Source: Camelus ferus (taxonomy: Eukaryota). From it: a stretch of 64,000 nt of DNA. A model generated the notes under the pieces. The model did no database searches, was not told the DNA's origin, and saw only the letters and a list, made by a program, of their open reading frames with translations. The stretch spans positions 45,820,001 to 45,884,000 of the forward strand of contig NC_045696.1 of assembly GCF_009834535.1 (NCBI RefSeq), in the 5' to 3' direction. Below, piece after piece: positions 1-13,174 of the stretch (positions are counted from its first letter, which is position 1; each line of letters starts with the position of its first letter). A program made the translations under genes and the position numbers.

Positions 1-814
1 ACAGTATCTAACACATAAGAGTTATCCTGAAGATTAAATAATGTATGAAAAGGTATAGAACAGTGTTTAACATATAAAACTTACTCAAGAGTAGTAAAAA
101 TTATGATTAAGATGCAATAGTTTGGGGTTTTTTTTAATAAAGGAAATAGTAGTTTCTCACATAGACTGAATTGTCTTCTAATGGGCAGTGTAATAAAATG
201 CATGATATCCAGGAGCAAAGTCAGAGATGGATCAAGGATAAAAAGGTAACAGCAGAGAAGCGGCTGCAGTTAAGGTAAATGTCAACACTAGCAAATCAAA
301 GGAGACTGAAGGATTCAGTGACATTTCTCAAAGATACTGAGAGCATGAAATGAAGTGCAACATGAAAAATTACTTGGCTGGTGTCTGGTATTGAGTAAAC
401 TCTCAATAAGTGGTCAAATTGAATTTATTTATATTCACACCCAACTTTTTCCAAAACACAGATACTAATAAACATAAGAAATCCTTTAGAAAACAATTAT
501 TTTATTCAGAAAATACACCATATAAACTAACCCCTAATAGTTCATCCCAATTAGCTGGTATTCCTTTTCACAGGATATATTTGGAGCAGATTAATGTGGT
601 GGCCTTAAAAAATTTACCCCATAATATAAATCCATATATCTGAGTGAAAGATGTAAAGATGTTTTCCTTTGTTACTCAGTTACACTTATTCCATTTTAGT
701 TTCCCCTCAAATCAAAGCATTTTTATCATCCCTATCGTACTTGTAATCTATTACCCTTTGATACCTAGTTTTAAATGTACCTGACAATGTTCAGATCTCA
801 GCCAGTTTCATTTA

Positions 815-1153
815 TATATATGATATATATATATTTTCATTTATATATAAAATATATATATATAGAGAGAGAGAGAGAGAAGAAAGAGAAAGAAATACAC
901 TATTTGATACATGTGGAATCTAAAAAAAAAAAAAGACAAGCTTATTCACAAAAAGAAACAGACTCACAGACACAGAAAACAAACTTATGGTTACCAGAGA
1001 GGAAAAGGAGTGGGAAGGGATAAATTGGGACTTCAAGACTTGCAGATACTAATACATATAAAATATGTAAACACTAAGTTTATACTGTATAGCACAGGGA
1101 ATTAACTATATTCAATATCTTGACACAACATTGTAAACTGACTATTCTTCAGG
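815..1153. mobile_element. Young L1 3'-UTR fragment (camelid-like) with probable twin-priming inversion
   Basis: 880-1151 matches the L1 3' UTR copy at 54060-54412 (ggaatctaaaaaaa...acagactcacagac...atactgtatagcacagggaa). Flanked by the 12-bp direct repeat cagtttcattta (803-814, 1154-1165). Confidence 0.85.
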
Positions 1154-1878
1154 CAGTTTCATTTAGCTTTTGGATTTTTAAAGCACTGAAAACTTTGTCA
1201 AATAGGTAGATACTGAAGGACTTAATATATAATGCTGTCTACTCAGAAATTCTTCTCTTAATCATATTGCTTATCACAAGGGTTATTTTAAGTATGTGAC
1301 TTTGACATAATTCTTTTTATTTCCCCCTCAACAAAATAATTAAACATAATTTTCTATCCTATTTTTGGTCAATTTTTGATGATTATAAATTAAATTTGCA
1401 GGCTCTGAATTATTTGCATTTTTAGTATTTAAGATTTTTTAAACTTCTTCAATATTGATCTATTAATCTTCAATATTGATCTAATAATCAATCAGCAGAT
1501 CCTTTCCAAACTAAGGGTCAGGAGAGAGTCAAGCAGAGATGAAATACTGAAAATCAGTTATTACTTTTACTGTTCATCCAGAGACCTCTTAAATTACAAT
1601 GGAAAAAAATTAAAACTATCTTAAGTATTCTCTATCATAGAATAATTTGAGGAAAGTAGGTAGAAAATAAAGAAATTTTGGATATACCTGTCAAAACCAC
1701 ATAATTTCTCAATAGGAATTTTCATTAAAATTAATCCAACTAACTTTCAGCTTTGCCAACATGTTTCATGGGCAGATAAAGATGACATATGATGTAATTT
1801 GTGGAGTTTTCACATACAAATACATTAATAAAGAGAGATTTCTTAGGGCAACAATCACCAGTCTATTCCTAACAGTGT

Positions 1879-2248
1879 TGATAAAAAAGAGACATCACAC
1901 CCAAAATAGAGCCCTTGTGCTAAGCCCACTTCACCAGACCAAGGCTTAATACCTAACCTAATTGCAATTACAACTTCCCCAGGAATGTAGATCTGTCAGT
2001 CTGTAATCTTCTGGTCAGCACCAATGAGGTAACCCACCACATAGGCCCTTTTCCATCAACTGAAGGAAGATGAGGTCATCGACTCTCTCCTTCTCCCTCC
2101 CCTACCTGCTTTTAACACCTTTCTATTTTGTACAGCTCCTTGGAGCACCTCTCTACCTGCTAGATGGGATGCTGCCTGAGGCATGACTCATTCAATAAAG
2201 CCAATTAGATCTTTAAAATTTACTCAGTTGAATTTTTGTTATTTAACA
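1879..2248 (+). mobile_element. Solo LTR, ERV1 class (MER34-like)
   Basis: TG...CA termini, 4-bp TSD gtgt (1875-1878 / 2249-2252), AATAAA near 2194. Confidence 0.8.
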
Positions 2249-2590
2249 GTGTGATTATATCCCCTGAAATCATTTTTACATTAATATACTTAAGAATTTT
2301 CTTTTAAAAAATGTTTTAAATAAATTAACTTTTATATGCGAAAGAAAAATGTAGCCCAGACCTGGAATGAAATTCCACACGTTCCATTTTAATATAACAC
2401 AAATTAATTATAGATTTTTTAAAGGTTTTATTGAACATTGATGGTCTTTTTCTTCCAGATACACAAATGAATCAATTCTAAAATTTTCTTAGTATGTGGC
2501 AAAGGGTCAGCAAAGCAAAACAGGTTTTTTAATAAAATATCTTAATTCAACTGTTTTTTATGAGTATCATTAAAGCTCAGAATTCTGACA

Positions 2591-3047
2591 TGTTGACTGG
2601 AGGAAAAAAAAAAAAACCCAAAAGGTAAAAGCTGTGAGTCGAATTTATTCAGTGTCTTGCTGAGAACTATAGCCCAGGAGAAGCCTCTCAGGAGCTCTGA
2701 GAAACTGTTCTGAAGACGTAAGAGGGAGGGCAGTATGTATGTGATTTTCTGCAAGCAAGCACATGTCTTGGTAGAAGGTTGCTGCTAGTCACAAGAACAG
2801 GTATCTTAGTTAACGGTTTTAGTGCTTATCTAAGTATGGGAAGATGCAAGAATCCAAGTTCATAAAAATTTTCTCCTGAAAATATCTATCTGAAGGCCTG
2901 TTCTGCCAGTTCTTCCCAGAGCACAGATGCCTCCTTCCTGATCTCCACCCTGAATTCCTTTCACAGTGTGTTATATGTCAGTGGCTACAGTGGCTAAGGA
3001 CTCAATCCTTATAGAGCCAGATGGTGACTGACATTCTCTAGTGGGCA
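2591..3047 (-). mobile_element. Solo LTR, ERV1 class (cetartiodactyl-type)
   Basis: TG...CA ends, near-TSD gaca/gacc, tttatt at ~2644 (minus-strand poly(A) signal). Similar to the LTR at 36774-37258. Confidence 0.8.
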
Positions 3048-4719
3048 GACCTAAAAAGACTGAGTAATAGAGAATTAATATGAAAAATCTGACTAACTGC
3101 TGTTCTTCCTTGTTGTTAATGTTTTTTGTTCTGTTTTGTTTTTGTCTACACTGGATGTTCCGAGAAACACTAATATTCATGCATTTCCTTTCCATGGCCC
3201 CTTCATAAGAAGAAGTCATCATTGTGCCTCTAATATAAAAGGATTTTTTAAAAGATAAAATCATGGCTCACATACAAATACAAAACTAATACATGTCAAA
3301 TGTCATATCTGCCTCATTGGTAACTGAGGGAACCAGTAAAATGTTATGACTCTCAAAATCTTCAGTATAGGCAATCAAGAATTCTGAAATAAATTTACAG
3401 ATCGATGCAGAACTGGTCAACATCTATAAGGCAATAATCAATTGCATTCAACTTGACATATTTCATTTGCATTTCTGTGCACAAAAATTACTAGTAGTAG
3501 GATCAGTTTTCTAAAAATGGCTATGTAAAATAGCTCAAAGAAAAACCAAAGATAAAGATGGCTGAGAGGGTTGCACTAGGTAGAACAATTAGTAATCTTG
3601 TCTGATCATTTCAAAGTCTTTCACAATTTTTTCTGACACTAAAATGTCTCCTTAAAAGTCTTATTAAACTCCTTAAACTTGTGTCCTAATTAGAGCTGAA
3701 ATAAATAGCTTTAGTTTTCAAGACTATAGGCAGTGACAGGATGACATTTTATGGCTCACACAGAGTTTTATAGAGTATATTGGAAAAAGGAAGTAGTTTC
3801 CTATATGTAAGAGAGAGGACAAGATTTGGGGAGTCTCCACAAAGGGCAGAAACAAGGGTTCTTAGGGGAAAAGATAATGAGTGCTGATGGAGTGGGAAAC
3901 TTGACACCATGATTTGAAAGCAGACATCAAAGACACAGAGTTGGCTGTGTGTCGGCAGGCAGCGAGCATGGCTGTGAGGGACAGCACCACCTCATGCACA
4001 GCAGCAGAGCCCAACATGGAGGATGCATGTTGCATCTGAAGCGGTGGTACGGACTGCAGCCCCCAGGGCCTAGGAATGATCCCTACACCTAGCTTTCCAG
4101 ATCTATGTAAGCCCTGAGTTCCTGAATGGAAGGAAGTGTCTTAAAAATACCTGATACTACATTTCTGGTCTAACCTCAGGACTCAAGACTAAGAGCTGGC
4201 TTAATCTGACTCACAAAAGTAGAGTAATATGACACTTTTGAAACATAAATATAGTATAATAAATCCATTTTCACTATAGTGTTAAGCCTTTGGTTAGTGT
4301 CATCACAAGAAAGGATTATTTGTTCTGCATTTACTTTTATTTTCAAGGCGGATTTAGCACAGATTTCTTACTTTGGGAAAATAAAGATATGAAATATAAT
4401 ATTAAAACATGTAATAAGATTGCAGAGTACATGTAATAAACTGTTCCCTAAAAGCTTTGCAATTTTAGGCTTTTTTTCTAATTATTTCAAGATCAGAGAT
4501 TAGTAATGTGTTAAGGAAATTTAATAATATGTGTGAATGAATGAATTTTTCCTACCAGACTATGATGTTTTCAAGTCATAGCTTCACTGAAAGAGCTACT
4601 ACCTCTAGAAGAGCCAATGTATTTCTCTCATAGGTATTTCAGAAAGCAAAATGAGTTATCAGAATAATATCACCCTTAAACAGATATAGCATTATTTATA
4701 TCTGTCCACACACTTAGTG

Positions 4720-5250
4720 GTTGATTCATACATCCATTCAATAGGTATTTATCCAGTGATTTCTTGGTGCCAGGCAGTGTGCTGGGGACACAGCAATGGA
4801 CTAACAGGCAAAGTCCCTGCTCTCATAGAGCTAGTACTTCAGTGAGGAGGGGAAAAATGGACATAAACAAATGGAGGAAAAGAAAGTGTACAAAGAGGAT
4901 GTGAGTATCAAGCAACGGAGAGTAAAATTTATTAAGTGGTCAGGGAAGGATTTAATGAAAAATTAACAATTGAGCAAAATGCTAAAATTGTGGAAATAGA
5001 GATATATGTAGATTTCTAGGCAAAGAGATTTGCAGAAGAGGGATTGGAAAAAAAACTAACAGCAACAGTAAAACAACATATACTCTGAAGAGGGACCATG
5101 GAGCACGTGTGGAATGTTTAAGAACAGCAAAGAGGTACGTATGGCTGGAGCCTACTGAGAGGAGAGAGCAATGGGGAATGTTAAAGAGGCAACGTCAGGA
5201 GTCATGCTGCATAAGTTATTGTAAGAAATGCGAGTGAAACGGAAAGCCAT
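4720..5250 (-). mobile_element. L2 LINE 3' fragment
   Basis: cattcaataggtatttat...gtgccaggcagtgtgctggggacacagca...ccctgctctcatagagct is the antisense L2 3'-end signature. Confidence 0.75.
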
Positions 5251-5389
5251 CTCCTGTAACATGTGATGGTAGCAGTTTAATTCCAAGACTGCTAGACATT
5301 TAAGCATAATGTCCATATATTACATTTAAATTTAGTAGTGATAAAATATTAACTTGCAGCATTAAATTTTCAAATTATTAAGTTGCACT

Positions 5390-5860
5390 ACATGTTCAGT
5401 TGCTGTAACTGAGATCTAAGCATCAGTGATTAGAGCAAGGTGAATCTTTCTCTCTCTCTTGCAGAAAAGCCTAGGCATAAGCAAACCAGGGCTAGCAAGA
5501 CAGTTCGTAGTATCAGGGACCCAAGTTCCTACTAGCTTCCTCTCTGTCTTTAGGATTTTGCCCTTGTCAGTCATGCCCAAAATGGAGCATGACCACATCA
5601 CTACTCTCATGAATAGGAAAGATAAAAGGAAAATACAAGGTTATATCTTCCCTATAAAGGTGTGCCCAGGCAGCCGTGCACATCATTTCTTCCCCTAATC
5701 CCACTGAAGATTATTTAGTCACAGAGCTACCTATAACTGAAAGGGAGGCTGGGACAATGTCGTCTTTATGCTGGGTGACCATGTGCCAAGTTAAAACTAG
5801 GGGTTCTATTATTAGATAAGAAAAGGACAATGGATATTAAGAACAATTAGTTGTCTCTGG
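5390..5860 (-). mobile_element. MaLR LTR (MLT1J/K-like)
   Basis: agggacccaag..., ttagtcacag...gggaggctggga, and the end aatggatattaagaacaattagttgtctctg resemble old MLT1. Confidence 0.6.
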
Positions 5861-7724
5861 TTTAAGAAGATTCAAATACATCCTTGTAGCCTATCTTACA
5901 CCCAGTGCAATTTAATTTTAAAATGCCTTAAACATCCTTAAAAAGCACAATGTAAAGAAAGAGTACCCGACAAAAGGCCAAAGGATGTAGTACTATCACA
6001 AATCTACCAAGGAGTAACTGTGCAACCTTGAATCAAACATTTAATTTCTCTTATAGTCAGTATGTCATCTATAGCACAGGACTGCACCGAAACAAAAGAT
6101 TCTCCCCAAAACTTTCAAAAGTCACTGTTATCAAATGCATACTTTTTCTAAAATACTGAAACTTACACAATGATATAAAAATTCAAGGGCAGAAATACCT
6201 GGTCTCTAGCCCAAGGCACACCAAACATGTCTCTCAAAAAACAGTACAATTTGTCTTTATCCATGAAAGTTTAAGAAAGAAAATACAAAAGTTAGGGTGA
6301 AAACAACCCCCACCTCTGTCCGCATGGAACTCTGTGACTGCCTCACTGACAGGGCATGATTACTGGGCTGACTGCACCACAGGAGACTGGCTGACATCCC
6401 TGAGGTCATAGCTGACATGCAAGCCAGGTGACCTTCCAGCACTGAGATAAGAAATGAGCAGTTTCTTTATGTACAGCCAGTGAATCCACTCCTGCTGCAT
6501 TCATTCAAGGAAAGCCATTGGTGGCAAAGGTGCCAGAGAACTCAAAAGAAATGCCCTATTTGAGCTTATAAGTTACAACAGAAGCTAACATTACCTATCA
6601 TGTGTTGGGTGTTCTCAGAGATTTTGTTTTCTTCACTGAATGCATGTCCCCAAAAACCCCTTTGTGGTTCTAGTATCTTGCCACCAGCTTTTCAATACTA
6701 GGGAAACATTCATTCACAGGGCCAAAGCCAGTTACACCAAAATCTGGTCCTTGGCTCCTTCTCCATGAGTGCACTAAAGTCTCCTCTGAAAGCAGAGAAA
6801 GGAAAGTGGTCTGTTGTCATGTTGTGACCAGCATCACAGTTCCCAAGAAAACTAGGCAGTCTGGAAAAAGAGTATCCAGGTATAAAAGAAAAAAGAAATA
6901 TTCTGTTGTCAACTGATGCTGCAGCCTAACAAATCTTTAGTAGGAAATACATTTTTAAAGGACGGAGGCCTCACAAAGCAAACAGAAAAACAAACATTTG
7001 CAAAAGCATCTCCTCATTTAGGTACTAACAACTGTAATCTATCTGAAACAGTTATAGTGACTTGATGCTACACTTTTTGATTTCTATAACTTTCATTTTA
7101 ACCTGCTGGGTGAGGAACATGATTAAAACAAATGATTAAAACACACACTGCTATACATAATTCAAATGTTCCATGGGAATTGGGGATGTCACTTTAATGT
7201 GTTAATTTGATAGTCTATTTAAAAGGCAAAAACCAGTAATGATGACAGAGCACAAACAGATAAATGTTCATACCTGTGGCACAACAACAATCTCCATAGT
7301 AAACATGACAACAGGTCTCTGGGTAACTGAAGTGCACAATATACAGAGTACAGCTTACACATTCTAGTCCACATAGTGGAGACTGAGTGTGATGCTTTCA
7401 CTCAGTCTGCATTTATTTTTTTTAAGTCAGGCGATTTGGTACTATGGGCAGAAAAAAAGACCAAATGTCAGTGCACACAAACCCCTTTAAGAGCCTAAAA
7501 TTATTCATCCTTACTATATCACCTTTGTTATGGATACTTTTATAAAGTGGGGAGTAGTTACTCCTCCTATGAAAATAAATCTTCAAAAACTACTTTTGGC
7601 ATCCTAACTACAAAAACAGCTGTATTAAGTAAAAAGATCATTTACGTTAGAGGGATGAAACCAGGATTTGAATCATGGTTTCACTATTTTTCCATGTTTA
7701 GTGGGAGGATTCAATGATTTAATG

Positions 7725-7727
<3 letters not shown>

Positions 7728-7793
<66 letters not shown>
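7728..7793. repeat. (TA)n microsatellite, ~33 units
   Basis: Perfect AT dinucleotide run; source of the IYIYIY ORF at 7668-7862. Confidence 0.98.
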
Positions 7794-7796
<3 letters not shown>

Positions 7797-7884
7797 TGTG
7801 TATATGCATGTGTAAGCTATCGTGTAGGCAATAAGCATATATTAATTTATCTCCCATTCTGAGCATGGGGTTTAACACAAAAGG

Positions 7885-8080
7885 CTCTACAGTGCACTGC
7901 TTAAGCTCACGGACTCTGGTGTCATGATTCTAGTGTCTGTCTGGTTTTAAATCCTGTTGGGGGTTTTTTGGGGTTTTTTTGTTTTTCTTTGACTTTGTGT
8001 GTCTTATGCCACAGTTTCATCTTCTGTAAAGTTGAGTTAATAATAGTATACACTTCATAGAGTTGTTATGAAGTTTTTAT
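7885..8080 (+). mobile_element. MIR SINE
   Basis: ggactctgg...cagtttcatcttctgtaaagttgagttaataatagta...catagagttgttatgaag resembles the MIR core. Confidence 0.7.
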
Positions 8081-8559
8081 TTACATTGAAGAGAAAGGGC
8101 CTGGAAGATCGGCCAAGGAAAAAGGAGGCCAGGAAGCTGCAGGAAGTAGCAGCTTTTCTGAGTAAACCAGACAATGCCTTTGGTCCACACCGCTGAGCCC
8201 CAGCAGGAAGGTGAGACCAGAGCCTTCAGCTCCAGTTGTGGACCAAATGCAGGGCAGAGTTTACCCCCAGGGGAAAAGAGCACGAGCAAGACACCACCAG
8301 CTAGGGTCAGCCAGAAGATGAGGAAGAATCTCCTGAGAGCTAAGACTACCTCAGGGAGCGGCTTAGGTCTGAATGCCTCAGCAGTCAGGTCTGTTGAGGC
8401 CACGACCACCCACACAAGCTGGGCTCTTAGGCACCAATTCAGACCTGTTGTGATGACAAACAGAAAGAGGAAGCAGTATCTTTGCAGGCAGTTGTATAAG
8501 GAGACAGATATCTGTTCTTCTCTCCCTCCTCTTGCTCCAATACAATGGGCATAAGTTTG

Positions 8560-9170
8560 GGGAAGAAATTTGATGAATAAAGTATAATCTTCACCCTTGA
8601 AGAGCTCACAACTAGTTGGTCAGACAAACATGCAAAGAAAGAATTATCACACAATTAATTTGAGGACTTCATAAGGAGCTATTACTTGTGTTGGAGCCTG
8701 AAGGATGGGTATGAATTTTCCAAGCAGACAAGGGAGAGAAAGGAATCTACAGGTAATGTGCGATGTGAATATCAAGAAGAAATTCCCAGAGACATGGAAG
8801 TGCATGATATGTTCCAAAAGAGCATTTAATTAGAAGTATGGTTATCAGGGAAGGAATGGATGAGGAAGAAGTAGGGAAGAGGCTAGAAAGAGGAGCTCCA
8901 GGGTAGAAGCCTGGAAAGAGTTTTACATTAGATGTTGAAGAGCCTTTCCTTTATGCTAAGATAAAGAGTAGGAGAATTATTCTGCGGGAAATTAGGAACC
9001 AGCAAGAGTTTGAACACCGGGAAGTGTGACATGGTCAGATTTACATATTGATCTGTATCACCAATGGTAATATGGTGAGTGCAGTGGAAGGAAGAGACAA
9101 AAGAGGTCCGGTAATGCAGACCACCAGAAGTATGTCCACAGCTGTAACAGTTACCAAAAATCAAAGACAA
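8560..9170 (-). mobile_element. L2 fragment
   Basis: cccttgaagagctcaca...ggagcctgaaggatgggtatgaatttt...gtgacatggtcagattt are typical antisense L2 motifs. Confidence 0.65.
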
Positions 9171-11089
9171 TAAAAAAGAATGGGGACTTTTGAGCCCCAG
9201 GTATAAATTCTCTTCCTTATTTTTGTAATGAGACATGTAAATCAACTGGTGGGGAATAATTGTAAGAGCAATGCCTGATATAAGAAATTTTAGTAAAGGA
9301 ACTAAACACTATTACAATGTTGTAAGAGATCATATAGTTTACTAGACTAGAAATCTCTCTGGGTATTAGTAAATCATCAAAACCATTAATTTCATGGTTG
9401 TCTACTTTGTTAAAACCAGACTGATTTTCTACATAAATACATACATACATACATTTTGTACACATACAAATATACACATAATTATAAATATAAAAGGGGC
9501 CACAAGAATACCCCCAAACCATCTGATACTGTTAAGTAAATAGTGTCATTTGCTAGAGGTTCAACTCCCATTGACCCCACTTTAGCTCTCTATTTGACCT
9601 TTTCTTCTTTTCGAATTGGGAGAAGGAAAAATACAGTAATGAGCCATAATTTTTGGCAATGCATATTTAAAATAAGATCTGCTGAAAATGCAGCAGCTGT
9701 TTGCACAAAACACAGGCCAAGGAATTCCTGCATGACTGACAATATGCATTTGCTCCAGCCACACAATCTCTGACTGGGGTATTCATTTCAGCAGCTGTCA
9801 GCCAAATCTTGAGAAAAGGATTTTTTTTTCTCACTCTAGAGGGGAAGATCACTAAAAGGGAAGGAGTAAGTGTTCATACTCAATATGAGAGTGCTTTTAA
9901 GGAGGAAGCCTGGACATTGGGCCAGGGAGAAATCTACGTGGGAATTGAAAAGTAAGCATTCTCACAGTGTAGGTAGATTAGACACAGCACGTATCCTGAG
10001 TATTTGAGAAGTGTCTTACCTCTTTTGCAGAAGAGAGCCCCTAGGGCCTACCTATGGCATCTGGGACCAAAAGATACTATTTCTTAAGCAGCACGACATG
10101 TGCCTTCCTGATCCTGGTCACACAAAGCATGCATGTCTCAGTGATGGCAGCAGTGGAAGGGGCAGCAGGAAACACTGAGAAAGTGTCTAAGGCAGCACCA
10201 ACTCCCACATCAGCCTGCAGCTGTGATGGCACCAGGGCCAGAGGCTTTCGTGGAAGCAGTCCAACAGGGGCAGTGGCTATTGCCTGGCAAGGTGGCAGCC
10301 AGCAGATGGAGAGACAATGCCTAAGGCTCAAAATGTAAAGAAATTCCACAGTGATAACACAGTTATCAGCACTGAAGGACACAGCAATAATTTAGAAAAT
10401 GAAAACTTGAGGGAGTAAGGGGGGCAAATAAATAACCCTTTCAGTTTCTGTGTTCAACTTCAAACCAGAGAAAGGAAAGTGAGACAGATGGAGATAAGAT
10501 TGTCACACTTACTACTGATAAAGCTGACTTCAGAATATGGCTCAAGATCTGCAGTGAAATGAGCTAGTTTAGACTCCATCGTAAATTAGACTAATTAACT
10601 GAACAATAGCGAGGAAGAGGCAGGCTTGGTGGAGGGAGTACCAGAATTCTATGCCCTGTTGGCAAACAGGCCCTGAAAAGTAAGAAGGAGTTGGGCCAGA
10701 CACATTAGGAATTGAATGTCCCTAATATAAAATTACCCCTTCTTTCAGTCCATCCACGGGTAGGTCTGAACAGAGAGGATAGACAGAATAAACCTAGCAT
10801 AAGTTTTCCTCTAGGAGAGTGAACTGTTAGTTCTCTCTCCTTTGTGGAGATATGAGGAGGGGGAAATAGTGTCCCATTAACCACAATAATAATGGCAACT
10901 ACTATTTATGAAATGTCTGTCTCCTGCCAACATTGTACTTTGTGTACATTATCTAATTTAACCGTCACTACAAACTTATAGGTAGTTTTTTTTTTTTTTT
11001 TTTTTAACCTCACCTTCACAGAAGAGTATCTGGGGTTGGTTTCTTGCCGAAGGCTCCCTATGAGTTATGAAAAGCCAAAATCTTCAGCC

Positions 11090-11227
11090 ACTACACCCTT
11101 CTGCCTCCTGCTGGTGGCGAGTGTGGTGAGCTCCTAAGTGCTCCCTCAGGAAAGCAAACTACACCCTTCTGCCTCCTGCTGGTGGCGAGTGTGGTGAGCT
11201 CCTAAGTGCTCCCTCAGGAAAGCAAAC
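11090..11227. repeat. Perfect 68-bp tandem duplication (2 copies) containing a CTCF-like motif
   Basis: actacacccttctgcctcctgctggtggcgagtgtggtgagctcctaagtgctccctcaggaaagcaa occurs at 11090 and 11158 with no mismatches. Confidence 0.97.
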
Positions 11228-11371
11228 AGACTGGGTAAGAATGAAGTGAGCTTAAGTCCCGTGTATTACCAGGGAGGCAGGGAAACGGCCCTTGGCTTAG
11301 TACCTACATCCCCTGGATGGTTAGCTTCACCGTTCCACTGTTAGATAAACTCTTTTTTTAAACCATATTCT

Positions 11372-11953
11372 TTTTTTCCCCACAGCTGTATTGAGGTATA
11401 ATTGATACATATTTTTTAAAAGACTGCAAGTATTTAATGTATACAGTTTGATGAGTTTGGACATAGGCAAACACTTGGGACACCATCACCACAATTAAGG
11501 TAATAACCATGTCCATCACCTCGAAAAGTTTTTTTGTGCCCCTCTGTTTTTGCGTATGTATGTATGTGTTTAGTAAGAACACTTAATATGAAATCTGCCC
11601 TCTTAAATTTTAAGTGTGCATACATATCACATTTTCTTTATCTATTTGGGCATTTGGGTTGTTTCCATGTCTTGGCTATCATGAATAATGCTGCAGTGAA
11701 CAAGGGAATAAAGATTATCTCCTTGAGATTCTGATTGCAATTCTTTTAGCTAGAAAAGGGTTTGCTGAATCATACAGTAGTCTATTTTTGATTTTTTGAG
11801 AACTCTCCATCCTGTTTTCCATAGTGGCTGCACCATTTTACATTCCCATCAATAGTGCCCGAGAGTTCCAATTTCTCAACAACCTCGCCAACACTTGTTA
11901 TCATTTTTGTTGTTGTGATAGCCATCCTAACAGGTGTGAGGTGACAACTCATT
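11372..11953 (-). mobile_element. L1 3' end (L1MA9/10-like) with internal deletion near 11620
   Basis: tattgaggtataattga...; ggcatttgggttgtttccatgtcttggcta...; ccatagtggctgcaccattttacattccca. The ORF at 11782-11982 resembles the L1 ORF2 C-terminus (HLTPVRMAI). Confidence 0.85.
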
Positions 11954-13174
11954 AATGCAAAAATATAAATATATTTTTTCACAGAAGCAAAGGATTATTC
12001 AATCATATATTTGGAATACATGGTTCGATATTGTAAGCACATATAGAGAAAGAGTTTATAGATATTAATTTTGGTTGTGGCCACCTTAAATAAGCCTAGC
12101 ATCACCATCCTTTTACCTGTATCCACAGCCTCTAAATACCACTGGTGAGAAACAGCAGTCTGGTAACAAAAGCATATTCTTTTGCAAGTATAGAGCAGCA
12201 TCAAAACAAATGGAAGGACTCATGGTCTAAAATAGTTAAACTGCCATCAAGCTATGAAAAGTACACCAAAATAGATTATCTGCATTAAAACTTAAAATCT
12301 TCACCATTTGGTGGTAATAAGAGCAAAAATGGGATAAAACGCCTATTCTTTACATGTGATTTGAATAGTTAAATCAGAATAAAAAAATACTGGGGTATTT
12401 TCATGTCTCTGTAAATTCGTTCTCGTATTAAATGACCTTCACATGCTTTTTCAAAACCCCAACTTTCTCAACATCTGAGCCATAGAATATTCTATTAAAT
12501 TAAGACTTAAGGAGATATGTAGAGCATTATTTGCATTAGTGACTTATTTTGGCAGATTAGGAAAATACAATATAAAAATAGCACCTCAAGGGAAGGTAAC
12601 ATTTTTGACAAAGGTACCAATAACTCACCATTCGGTTTCCCTTTCGTCACCTTTGCTTTCTCTGTTCTACCCTTTCTGCTGCTCATACCCTCTCCAGACA
12701 TGCATGGTCTCACCTGACCAGATTTCTTCTATCTCAAAGAGAAATTATCTACTTAATAAATTGAAATATGTCCCGACATAAAAGTATTTTTGTTTTAAGG
12801 TAAGTCTACAGTATGACTGCAGAGCTAAAACAAGGCAGTAAATCACTATCTGTGGAATTCCAAACATAAACAGGGAAGACTTGGAAGGAGGAAAATCTTG
12901 CTGATTCTCTTAAAATCATACCATTTAGATGACAACCTCCGCCCCCCAGAAAATCAAGGCCAATTCCAAGGATATTAGTTGTGAAAAAGGATTAAAGTGT
13001 GTAAGTTCATGAAGAAACATAATAGAGTCAAGTGGCTCTGGGAAGGCCTCCCCTTCTCCCAAGAGGCTTCCATATACAGCCAATTGCTCGCCAAATTCCA
13101 GAATTTGTTTCATCTTGTTGTCTTTTTTAAATGTGTGTCCTCCTAAGACAGATAATGTTCTAAGTTTAATAAAG

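Noticed and set aside
1446..1487. 21-bp tandem duplication (and similar ones at ~38531 and ~55352)
   Set aside because: Ordinary slippage micro-duplications with no evident motif.
7668..7862. ORF with an IYIYIY repeat
   Set aside because: Translation of a (TA)n microsatellite.
8077..8554. Longest ORFs in the track (126 aa plus, 112 aa minus)
   Set aside because: No recognisable homology or convincing splice context. This is a locally GC-richer, probably repeat-derived stretch where long ORFs arise by chance.
10020..10060. Minus-strand segment with a strong GAG|GTAAGA donor
   Set aside because: All three frames contain stop codons; no further support.
11090..11227. Direct repeats as a CRISPR-like array
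   Set aside because: Two adjacent copies with no spacer, in mammalian DNA; a simple tandem duplication.
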